NCBI GenBank assembly: GCA_003990765.1
Contig: RBNJ01000290.1
Coordinates: 1-33,993 of the forward strand
From: Jimgerdemannia flammicorona
Taxonomy: Eukaryota
Direction: 5' to 3'
DNA: 33,993 bases
Below are positions 1 to 11,450 of the stretch, one piece after another. The position numbers were made by a program, and so were the translations under genes. How positions within the stretch are numbered: position 1 is the stretch's first letter; each line of letters opens with the position of its first letter. The notes under the pieces were generated by a model. The model ran no database searches. It was not told the DNA's origin and worked only from the letters and a program-made list of their open reading frames with translations.

Positions 1-2049
1 TTTTTTTGCGAATAAAGTATGGGTGGCTAGCATTAACAGCAAGCGAGGACACGGGCGAGGACGCAAAGGTATATATCACAAGTTGGGGGCACGCGCCAAT
101 CGGCAATACGAGCTATAGAATCGATAAACCTCCCGTGCCTAAAGAGAAAAGAAGGGAATAATAAAGACGGACCTTGAAGGCACATAAGCCGGTGTCATGC
201 ATCTACGACCTCGCTCGCGCGCATTCCTTCTCCGGCTCGCCTGTTCACAGAAACGCGGCGCCCTTGTGAAGCCTTCCCGCGGTGATGGCCGGGCAGGGCA
301 AGGCAGGATGAGGGTGTGCAGGGTTGGGGGAACTGGTGTGAGGGTTAAAGAGGCTCGGAAGGCTGAACAAACAAAGGCTTAGAAGGCTGAATAAGAGGCT
401 GAACAACAAAACCGCGTGGTCACCTACTTGGGACTGCCAGAACCCATGACAAAGAATGCGCTGTTATGAACCAAAATGGTCTTCGAATGGCCTAATCGAG
501 TGTAAGAAAAGTAGTGTCGCAAAAAATATACAAAGAAAGAGGCCCGAAGGCCAGGCTTATCCCGGTCCGAATTTATTAAGCGCCCGGACCGACCACAAAG
601 CCGTGCCCGCCCTTAAGCGCTGGTCGACGTATTTTAGAGTGCCTCGTTACCAACGACACTTGAAATGTATATGGAAGACGCCAACTTATCAATACTAGTT
701 TTGACCCCCCTCGCGCGCGGTTGTGGGATTCCCATATTTGGGGACAGGTGAAACAAATTTTGGACTTCCCCATGCGTTTCTATTCGACCCTGCTGCCCAC
801 ATGTCCAAACATCCCCTCCTAAAATAAAAAATAGTAATAAAAAAGCAATGAATTCTCTATGTGATCGGAGAGAAGTTGCGAGGATTTGTGGTGGGCGAGT
901 GATTCAATATATCATTGATTTTTGTATCGATGCAGCACTCAATTTCGTGCCCACCCAGAAAAGGAAGATAAAAAAAAAAAAAAAAAAATGGTGGGAACCG
1001 AGGACAGTTATGGATTGGGTAATTGACGTTGACTGAACGGCTGCCATTATTGAAAGCCAATTAAGGGGATCCACACGAGCATCATTGGCTCTCCACTAGT
1101 GGCCATCATAACCTCTATAATGGATGCTGAAGTTTTCTCTCTATAACAATATTAGTTAAAAAGCAAAAACAAAAATAAAATCCACTCTCATTTCAAAACT
1201 CCAGTATAATCTTCTCTTTATTTTATTTTTTCTTTTATTAGCTGGGTCTGAGGCATCAGAAGAAGGCTGCTTAAATAACCCTTTCTTGGTTTCTGCCTCT
1301 CTTTATTTTCTTTTAAAAGAGTCAAATAAAGAAAATAAAAAGATTCATAGAACTACAGGAGGGAGAATATATGATAGGTGGAAGAAGAAACAAACAGGAG
1401 AAAGTATTACACATCATGGTGATAGCTTTTATAGTAGATAAATAGAATCTAATAGCAGTTACTCCAATATCTTTACTAAGTAAAAAAAACTCCACCACTA
1501 CTACTATATCTAAAAACTTGTATTGCTTGTATGATAGAACTTTTTGGTTATCTGTTAGACTAAACTATATGTTTGCAAAACAAATCAATCTACAGCTCAA
1601 TAAATTTGGCAAATAAGATAGCTTGTAAAGTTGGTATACAGATCTAATCATTAATATATAAGAGTCATGACTTGGTGTCACCTGGTGCCCTTCCAGGATA
1701 GAGGGAGATGTTGGGGTCTACCACTTATAGACCTAAGTGGTATCATCTCTGGTTATATGGAATGAAAAATAATTAATATCTAAATAAATACAGAAATGAG
1801 TAATACACTCCATCTCTAATATTATTCTTGTTTTATATACTATCTATCATATTTTCAACTCCATATTTACACACAAAACCCATTTATTAATATATGAATT
1901 TGATGGTCTTTATAGCCTCTGTCTTTATCCTCAGTAATTACCAATAATCAAAGAATGATACTACAATAGTGCTGACTGACTTGAAGAGCAATACTATAGC
2001 CTACTTATATGAGATATCTGTCCAGGATATTTGCCTGTAGTATTATTGA

Positions 2050-2400
2050 AGTATTATATAGTTTTGAGCATATATTACTAAGAGTTAGTTTTAAGAACAT
2101 TTTTGCAGATTACAACTCTCACTTTTTATAATAGCTCTGTCTTATCATACTTGCTCTACCTTTGGTAGGGTCCAGTTAGGTTGCTCAGATATACTGTTAT
2201 GTCCAGGTACTCTGATCCCAGTATTTGCTTATATAGTGGCTCTGCCTGATTGCACTTACTCTGTAATTTGTCAAGTATAGTCAGATTTTTCAGACATATT
2301 ATCATATCTGAGTACTCAGATCCTGACATCTTTGCATAGAGCATAGGTGCCCATTCTGACAGTAGCTACACCTTGTTGTACTTATTCTGGCTTTTATATA
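2050..2400 (-). pseudogene. Degenerate tetratricopeptide-repeat (kinesin-light-chain/NLR-type TPR) gene fragment
   Basis: Minus-strand translation YKSQNKYNKV*...SGSEYSDMIICLKNLTILDKLQSKCNQAEPLYKQILGSEYLDITVYLSNLTGPYQR*SKYDKTELL*KVRVVICKNVL matches the TPR consensus LG.EHPDTA.SLNNLA.LY..QGKY..AEPLY.RAL.I.EK.LG about 2.5 times. It has in-frame stops and no CpG. Confidence 0.75.
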
Positions 2401-2656
2401 TAGTTTTCTGATAAATTGCCATTTAACAATAATTATGAATACTGTTTTATACAGCCTTAACATATAATTCTGGGGTTCTAATATTCTATATTGAATATTC
2501 CATTTAGTAGAAAGGTCATCAGACTAATAGTATATCATGTAGAAATCATAAGTTTAGCTAGATAGCTTATAATATATATAAGTGCAATAGTACTGGGACT
2601 ATAGATATTAAGAATCCTATAATTATCAAGTTATAGAAAGTGATCATCATCCATCA

Positions 2657-2683
2657 TTTTTTTTTTTTTTTTTTTTTTTTTTT
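2657..2683 (-). repeat. Poly(T)27 tract (poly(A) on minus strand)
   Basis: Direct reading of the sequence. Confidence 0.95.
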
Positions 2684-4589
2684 CTTCTTTATATTAATTA
2701 TGCATATCATATTCTGTCAATGATACAAAAATATGAATGACCAAGCCATGAATTACACAATGTGAGGGTTCTATAAGAAAAGAAATTGATGAGGTAGTTT
2801 GTAGTCTAAAATTGTTAGGTTTAGAGTAAATGAAATTCACTATGGAGTCTGAAAAGTGAAATTTCAATTTTATTATACTTATTCTAAGGTACATATCTTT
2901 CTACTAAAAATAATCTATTCTTTACCAATTTTGAGATATGTACATGTGCCTTTTATATACCTTAGAATGAATAAGCCATGAAGTGTATACTATTTTTAGC
3001 AAGTCATTGGTTGAGTAATTACCATCTGATATATATATATTATATCCAACCTACTCTGATAGATATCTTACTATATCAAAATGTCTCACTATACCACAAT
3101 GAGAACAGTACTGCATCAGACCTAAATAGCCATATAAGAAAGACTACTCACTTTTTAATATACTATCATATCAAGATAATTTCCCATACCAAAGTGATAC
3201 CATCAAAGAATGATAGTATACCTACTAATAAAGAGACTATTGTGGGCCATTTACTACTATTGGAAAATGATATAACTGAAATATCTATATTGGATAGTAG
3301 TGTATCATAATATCTTTGGAATATTCTGAAGCAGTATGATGGACTTATTCATGAGGTGTTATTTTCTTATTGATCATCTATATGGATTTGGTGAATTTGA
3401 TATCTCCTATATTATGTGGAACTTTGGCAATAGATCTGTCCTCCTGATATGCTAGGCCTTAGTGGTTTCATTTATCTTATTAAGACATCATCATGAACTT
3501 AAAGAGTCTGATTATCAATATATATACCATACTGAACCTTGGTTTCACTCTCTCTTCCAGATAGCATACTATGCTAGATTTCTTCTTTTGAGATATTATA
3601 TCATCTTTGTCTTAAAATATAGATTACTAGATAAGCTTTATAGGTTTCAATTTATATGATGTGCTAAACTTGAGTAATTTACTATTTTTAGATAGTAGTA
3701 ACATATTATTTATATATTTTTTATTGTTGTAGTCAGTTTTGGTAATAGTTTCTGATAGATAGGATCAGCTTCATGGTACTGTTAAAATGACTTCTTCAGT
3801 GGCCTTGATATAAACTATTCATTCCTCTGATATTTCTGATGTTGTTTTCCTATTTAAGTCATTCAGTATGGTAGGTCTCTTCAGTTTTATGAGGAAAGTT
3901 TATATAATGATAGAATATAAGAAGAGAGATCTCAGTAAATAGATAGAAAGTTCAGAGAAAATTTTTAGTTCAAAGTCATTTGATCTATATAATACTTATC
4001 AATATATGAGATTAATTAATTAATGAATTAATTGTTGCAGATGATACTTTATGAAAATATATAGTAAATGGTCACAATTTATTACTGAGTAATACTTTTC
4101 TACTGGCCAGTAATTTGTAGTTGGATAATGACTTACTTCTGTAAACTGCTGGGTTATAATTAATCTCATTGGTACTGGGTTGATAAATAATTGCAGGGGT
4201 AATGATGATTATCCACTAAGGGATAATTAAGGGAGATACTTTGCTATTATATAATAACTTACTATTGGATGAATATTTGTAGGTAGTATGAAAACTTAGT
4301 ATTGGAGATAAAATATTATATCTGAGCATCAACTGACCTTGAGATAATTGACTTTTATTTTCATTAAAGATGTGATTATGTGATGACATTTATGACATTT
4401 TGCTCATATTGTAAAAGATCAACACTAAGTGTACTTCATCCAACCATTTTTAAGACAGTTGCTTATAATATAATATCTATGAAATTTAGGCATATATTAT
4501 TATTTTTACTTATTATTATCATTTATTTTATTATTAAAATGAAATCAGATATATTTGTAGAGTGTCTGCTGTCCTATCCTCCCTAGTGC

Positions 4590-5145
4590 TTTTCATCTCT
4601 CTATCTATAATCCCCTCCTCCTTATCTACAACTCTCTTCTCATCCACAACACCCTTCCTATCTATAACTTTCTCTTTATCTGCAACTCTCTCCCCATCTA
4701 CAACTCTCTCCCTATCTGCACCCTCCTCTCTATCTGCAACCTCTTTTCATCTACAACTCTCTTCCCCATCTGCAACTCTCTTCCTATCTATAACCTCCTT
4801 CCTTCTCATTAGCAACCCTCTCTCCATCTATACCCTCCTCTCCATCTGTAATCTCTCTCTATCTATAACTCTTTTCTCTATCCACAACCTCTCTCTCTAT
4901 CTGCAACTCCCTTCTCATCTATACTCTCCTCCCCATCTGCAATCTCTCTCCATCCACGACTCTCTTCTCTATCTACAACTTCCTCCCCATCTATAACTCC
5001 TACTTACAACTCTCTATCTTTAACTCCTCTCTACTAGTAACCCTCTTCCTATCTCCAACCCTCTTTCTATTTATAACCTTCTCTCTATCTGCAACTCATA
5101 ACCCATCTTATCTGCAACCCCTCTCTCTATATTCACAATCTCTTC
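4590..5145. repeat. CT-rich minisatellite, ~17-19-bp unit
   Basis: Recurrent units such as ctctctccccatctacaa, ctctcttccccatctgcaa and ctctcttcctatctataa. The unit ends tctgcaa/tccacaa/tctacaa/tctataa are consistent with a decayed tccgcga. Confidence 0.9.
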
Positions 5146-5307
5146 CACCTAAACTGACTCTTATGCTCTTACTTCTGAACTTATATAATTTCTCCTAACA
5201 GACTACTTATCTCTTATATAGACCTCCATTCTTAATGTAAATGCCATAAAAAAGATCAACAATTCTGGTTATGATGAATAGTGGTGGAAAATGGACAATG
5301 ATGCAGA

Positions 5308-5432
5308 GGCAAACAATGGGGAAGAAGGAATATTATAAGGACAAATAATACAGAAAGAAGAATATTTTGTGGATAAATAATGTAGAAGAAAGAATATTTT
5401 AAGGAGCAAATGATACAAAAGAATGAATATTG
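5308..5432. repeat. Short degenerate tandem repeat, ~31-33-bp unit, about 4 copies
   Basis: ggacaaataatacagaaagaagaatatttt / ggataaataatgtagaagaaagaatatttt / ggagcaaatgatacaaaagaatgaatattg. Confidence 0.7.
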
Positions 5433-7361
5433 TAATATAGTAGTTACATAACTGTATAAGTATATTGGATTTCTATATCTTAGAAAGTTGATCTTCTTTG
5501 ACTTTATAGAGTTCTCAGAATATAGAGATGGGAGAGTTCAAAATATATCTGCCTGCAGGCTTACTAGTTCTCTTGCTTCTTCTTTGCTTTGAACTATTTT
5601 GATCTGAGGTTTATTCACTCTAGATATTGGGGATATTTTATATAAGTTTGCTAGCTATAAGGTGGCTAAGTTATGACTATATTTCCTATGAGTTACTTTC
5701 CACAAGTATTAATTCTTAATATCTGTTAAATCTTTGATAATTGTCAAGATTTAACATCTATGAAATCTTGACATTTGTGAAAACATTAACATTCATCAAA
5801 ACTTTAACATTTGTGAAATGGCTGCTATTTGTAAGGCTATATATTTGGGGGTACTGCAATATCAAATGTCTATTCCCCTGATTCATGTTCCTAATTCGGA
5901 TCAACCGTCACAATATATATACGCGTGTTGGTGGTGGCAAGTAAAACAGCCACATCATTATATGTCATTTCATTTGCCTGCTGGCCTCACATTATTGCAT
6001 TCCGGCATGAATATTGGGTTCCAATCATATTTCAACAATCCAGGATACCGTTGACGTGTCGGGTTTTACGCGCCGGCAAATTGCGCGCAATAGCATGAAC
6101 ATCGGACGCTGATGGCATTGATTGCGGACCAAGGCCTGCCTCCATCTAACGACTCAGCCCGTCAGAATACGCGCAGCCGCAGCCCGCTTGTACACTTGTC
6201 ATCACGTGATATTCGGTTTAACCTTTTTTACTTCTTTCACTCCTTCCATCACTCTACACCCACATTCCGTTACACCGCCAAGATGTATATCTTCGCCGAG
6301 ATCTGAGGTCTCCTCCCCCTTCCCCGAGGTCCCTCTGGCGCCGAGATCAATTCTCCCTCCCTATCATCATCACAGGTCACTTAACCAGCTCTGATCACCT
6401 CAGACCCTCACATGAACATCCTCAAAGACAACAATTTAGTATTCACTTAAGCTCTCGAAATCTCCCTTTATTTTATTTTATTTTTTGTATAAAATTGGAA
6501 AATAGCATTGGCAGTGTTCATCCGTGCATTACCCGAGTCGAGTCTCGGATACATAACCAAACTGAAACTCTCGTATGTCGAAACGGCGTGAAGCGTTATG
6601 GGCAGCTACGTGTTGGAATCAAGAGAGCAATTTTTGCGTGTTCGCTCACCTGGTTCATTCTAAAAATTTAAGTTGACAAGGCGGCATGCACCCCACCGTT
6701 TCCCTCTGATAAATTGGGGGATCCACAATCAAATCCTGTGATGTAGGTGGGGGGGGGGGGCGGCCTTTTTTTTACGTTTTCCATGAGGGCAAATTGCTGT
6801 ATTATATCCGTGTAGGCAAATTGATAGACACTTTCCAATTTGGTACTTTTCCATATGGAAAATCGCACAATTCACTCACATCGGCATTTAGGATATCTTA
6901 GCTTTAGACTATACCAAATTTATTCATCCAACAGAGAATTCAACTAAATAAATGCTATAAATGCCTATGCTTTGTAGCGTAACATACGTTAATACCAAAC
7001 ATACCAAGCACTCATATATAATGCGACTGCTAACATTTCATACCCATTTATGAAACCGTTAGAAGAAAAATGGGCATTTCGCTAAGAAAATTTTGCATCG
7101 GTTCGAGAGAGATGTCACTAATAAAAGAAACTACCTGTTGCTTTGATAATGTATAGAATTTTCAAACGGACGACGTATTTGTAGCGACCGATAATTCGGA
7201 ATGTTGATCCTTTGTTAAAAGATGAGAAAGGTTAGTAAATTGTTTCGAAAGATTGAATAAATTGTGCTCTGATGACAAGTGCTGTGTTGACAAGTGGGAA
7301 CCTTATGAAATATCATATATCATATCCACTAATGCTTGTCACTTTCAATTCCCCTACTAAT

Positions 7362-8627
7362 CATGCCAAGTTTGCCAGCGTATATGATTGAAATTTTGTC
7401 GACATGGCTTTTACAAACGCCTCGTCCATTTCCTCCTTGCTCTGGATTCCGCATCGAATTCCAATGAACTCCAAACATTGCCTCCATCCGCTATGTCCAC
7501 GAATCCTTCACGTAAGTTGGGCGCCGTATTGACAGAATTTCAACGATAGAAGACTGCTAGCATGCTGGGCGAAATGTATGAGAAACCTGTTAGAGACATC
7601 CGTAACATTTTGAAGTTGAAGATGGCATAAGTGAGGGCAAGAGTCGATGAGAAAGCAAAGCGACTGGTCAGAAATGGCTGCGTATATACGTCGATTGCGT
7701 GTCCCACGAGCAAATCAATGACAATGTCCTCAAATTCGGATAATCGGCGAGGGCACGCACAACGGGGTTCTGAAAACATTTAAGGCTATTGTTAATATAG
7801 AAATAGTCGAAATTGGGATGTCAGATTCGCAGGCCTTGATCTAGGGGATCAGCCGCCATATTGAGGTTTGAAACACACAACGAGCGCAATCTCGGAAGTG
7901 CGAAAACGAATAGCAGGAGATAATTTGCTCCTCCTAAATTCAAACGCCTGAAGCGAGTTGGGCAGGTTTTGTTGTAAGGAATCGCAGTAGGGATATATCA
8001 AGTCACTATCACGAAATGGAGTATCGCTGTCATAGATATAATCCTCGATGGCAAATAATTCGAGGTCTTGCGACAAGACAGGAAAGATGATCTGCAAAAC
8101 GCCATCAAATAGTAGCTGGTCATCGGTATAGTCTACGAGATAACTGAGGTCGATTTTCCGAAGCTGAGAGGATTGAAGGAGCCTCAGGATGCAAATGATT
8201 GCTGTGCTGGTATGGCCAATGTTGTCCTCGCGGTCGTACCAAGCGTACAGCGTGAAGTTCCTGATGTGGCTGCCTCGGTTGATGCACATTCGGCGACCAA
8301 AGAGTCTGCAAGCCTTGGCCAAATTTCGTCATTCGATTCTATGAAATCCTCGTACGTGTATTCTCCGCAACCAATGTCGAGGGCCCTGCAGAGCCGCAGG
8401 AGAGCGGCAGCGCGCCAGTCATGCGAGACTAGTGAGCAATTGAAGAGGGCGCTGCGATGGAAATAATGATCAACGTTGGAGTGGACATGATTGTTTCGCA
8501 AGAAAGGACATGACTCTAACGAAAGACCGTTTAAGCCACCAATCAACAAATCCATCGTCAATATAACAACGTCCCTATCAGCGTTATTGCCTCCGTTATG
8601 CTCTCTATCCTTCTTTAGCGTACTCAC
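7362..8627 (-). pseudogene. F-box / leucine-rich-repeat (RNI-like) protein pseudogene with several frameshifts
   Basis: An F-box C-terminal half RSALFNCSLVSHDWRAAALLRLCRAL (~8380-8460) is followed by LRR-like segments in changing frames: ILRLLQSSQLRKIDLS, RALADYPNLRTLSLIC, and ISDQSLCFLIDSCPHLCHLQLQNVTDVSNRFLIHFAQHASSLLSLKF (~7535-7675). The GTG 'start' at 8627 reads GTGAGT and is probably a splice donor. Both ends are approximate. Confidence 0.7.
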
Positions 8628-9037
8628 AATACATTTGAATCTGAATCCCTCCGAATGGCCATGATCCGATGAACTCTGTGAACTTCCCTCATTTCATTTG
8701 TTCATTACCTGGTCTCTGGCGAATGCGCCTTCACAGTCAATATATATATACATATCCTCTAAACTATTCTCGTCTTGGAGTTTTCAGGCAGTTTGTTCAT
8801 TGTATGGATTGGGGGACAATATATACCCTTCATTTATATTATTTCCGAATTTCGAATGAAGTAAGTTGTGTCACTCCCTCCCGTATTGTTTGCCTTCTTC
8901 AAAATATCCTGTTGTTCAAATTTAGATAGCCTTTTGGTATTGTGCTCGTCCGAAAAAATTGAAATGATAATAAAATTTGTTAAATTTGGCCATGTTTCCA
9001 TCGAGAAATCGTATTTCAAAGTTTGCAAAAAAAAAAA

Positions 9038-9079
9038 CGAATCGGACACCAATTAGATTCGATTCGTTTGGGAGCACTA
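9038..9079. mobile_element. Orphan terminus of the hAT-type family seen as the MITE at 32577-33000
   Basis: gattcgattcgtttgggagcacta matches the MITE right end (caattcgatttgttgggagcacta), including the GATTC/GAATC subterminal motifs. I found no partner left end. Confidence 0.7.
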
Positions 9080-9295
9080 GTCACAATAGCAGATTAATTT
9101 AAATGAAGGGCGTGATTCACGGCGGATCAAATCCTTTAATGGAGTTCTACGAAAGAAAAAAAAAAGAAATGACAACCAGACTACTACATCGCGTCGCATC
9201 GTCCCATACCATAAAGTTACATGTAAAAAACATATAAAGCACTCCATCTCTCTCACAATTACCATGAATAATAGAAAAAAATATACATGTCTTTC

Positions 9296-9300
<5 letters not shown>

Positions 9301-9366
<66 letters not shown>
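9301..9366 (+). repeat. Poly(A)66 tract
   Basis: Direct reading of the sequence. Confidence 0.95.
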
Positions 9367-9368
<2 letters not shown>

Positions 9369-10189
9369 AAAAGATGGAAGAAACCTGCGGTGTGGTCGAC
9401 ATTAATAACTTTTTTTAAAAAATTTTGCTTTAGTGACTCGAATTATTAGAGTACTAAAGTTGACAAGGATGATCTGAATATTGAATGAGACCATCCACCA
9501 TCTGGTTTTGCACGTTTTTACAAAACAACTGGGGAGCCAGGTCCACATTGGTCAGGACGCTGCTATGAGCGAGATCGAAGATAGGGTTTGGCGGTACACG
9601 GTGACTTATTCCGCCACGGAACAATACACAACCTACTTGCTGTATTTTATGCGGGTCAGCTCAGCAAAGATACTTTTACTGTGTGGAAATTTTCACTGCC
9701 GTACGCAACTACCTCACCGTTGACCTCTTTAGGACACGGTTTACGTTGATCGAGAAAAATAAAATTTAAATATAGTGCACCACGTCTATAGTAATTTTTT
9801 TCATTAAAAACTCTATTTCTAGACAATTAATATAATAATAAAATAATAATAATAATAATCTAATAAAAGACTTTCTTAAATTTACTTCTATAGAGAGTTT
9901 TTATTATTATTCATTTTTTTTTAATTTGTGGCTTAAAATTAATCACATGACTATGTTTATTCCAATTTTAACTCGTTACATTCTGGCTATAACTCTATAG
10001 AGAGTTTTTTTTAATTTTATTATATTTATAATAAGTAATAATTATTTGAAAAATATATATGTTTTTTTTAATTATTTTTTCAACTTCTATTTCTTGAAAA
10101 TGACATTATAATTTTTTTTTAAAAAAATATAAAATAATCTAAATTATTTCTAACTTTAATTCTATAAAGAGTTTTTTTTTGAAAAAATA

Positions 10190-11330
10190 TCTATTGATAG
10201 ATATAAATTCTCATCAATAAAAGCTTATCATTGCTACTAAATTCTCATTGACAGAGGCTCACTGGCAAAGAACCATTGATAGGCTCATGATAGAGAAAGG
10301 TCAATAGAGGTTTAATGGTAGAGAACTATCATTGCTGCTGAATTCTCATTGATAGAGGCTTGATGGCAGAAAACAGTTGATAGAGGCTCAATAGTAGAGA
10401 ATAGTTGATAGAGGCTTATTACTGCTGAATTCTCATTAATGGAGGCTCAATGGCAGAGAACAGTTGATGGAGGCTCATCACTGCTGAATTCTCATTAATA
10501 GAGGCTTGATGGCAGAGAATGGTCAATGGAGGCTCAATGGCAGAGAACTATCATCACTGCTAAATTCTCATTAATAGAGGCTCAGTAGTAGAGAACTATC
10601 ATTATTACTGAATTCTCATTAATGGAGGCTCAATGGCAGATGACAGAGAACTATCAATTGAGGCTTGATGGCAGAGAATAGTCAATAGAGACTTGATGGT
10701 AGAGAACAGTCAATAGAGACTTGATGGCAGAGAACCATCATTACTGCTAAATTCTCATTGATGGAGACTCAATGGCAGAGAATTATCATTACTGCTGAAT
10801 TCTCATTAATGGAGGCTCAGTGGTAGAGAACTATCATCACTGCTGAATTCTTATTGATAGAGGCTCAAAAGTTCTTATTGATAGAGACTCAATAGTTGAT
10901 AAAGGCTCAATGGTAGAGAACTATTGTCACTACTGAATTCTCATTAATGAAGGCTCAAAAGTTCTCATTGATAGAGGCTCAATAGTCAATAGAGACTCAT
11001 TGGTAGAGAACTATTATTGCTGTTAAATTCTCATTGATAAATAGTTGATGGAGGCTTAATGGCAGAGAACAGCTGATGGTAGAAAACTGTCATTACTGCT
11101 GAATTCTCATTGATAGAAGGAGAATGGTTGATAAAGACTTAATAACAGAGAACAGTTGATAGAGGCTCGATGATAGAGAATAGTTGATAGAGGCTTGATG
11201 GCAGAGAACTATCAATAGAGACTCATTGCTGCTGAATTCTCATTAATAAAGACTCAATGACAGAGAACTATAAATAGAGACTTACTGATAGAGAACTGTC
11301 AATAGAGATAGATAGAGAACCATTGATGGT
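10190..11330 (+). repeat. Modular tandem array (28-bp and 20-bp modules), transposon subterminal region downstream of the transposase
   Basis: Repeated tcaatggaggc(tc/tt)(a/g)atggcagagaac(a/t)g and tcat(c/t)(a/g)ctgctgaattctca. Confidence 0.92.
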
Positions 11331-11450
11331 ATATAAAATATATATATTTATTTGACCAATATATATATGTATATAATATGAAAATAAAATAAAAATAATA
11401 AAATAAAATACAGTTATTCTATAACTAAATATCCCTTTTATAACTAAATA

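Noticed and set aside
694..728. Possible minus-strand Helitron 3' end (CTAG|T next to GC-rich cgcgcgcg)
   Set aside because: The hairpin is imperfect, and there is no 5' TC end, second copy or Rep/helicase evidence. The same applies to the cactagt at ~1094.
197..1060. Short ORFs in the first CpG-rich island
   Set aside because: They have no recognisable motifs and several run through homopolymers, so the region is probably intergenic or promoter DNA.
1719..1742. 9-bp stem-loop taccactta-tagacc-taagtggta
   Set aside because: It is isolated, has no associated feature, and could arise by chance.
6201..6210. Palindromic E-box atcacgtgat before a pyrimidine-rich tract and short ORFs (6112-6394)
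   Set aside because: It looks promoter-like, but a single motif with no recognisable downstream protein is not enough support.
9077..9370. Poly-Phe ORF
   Set aside because: It is an artefact of the poly(A)66 tract.
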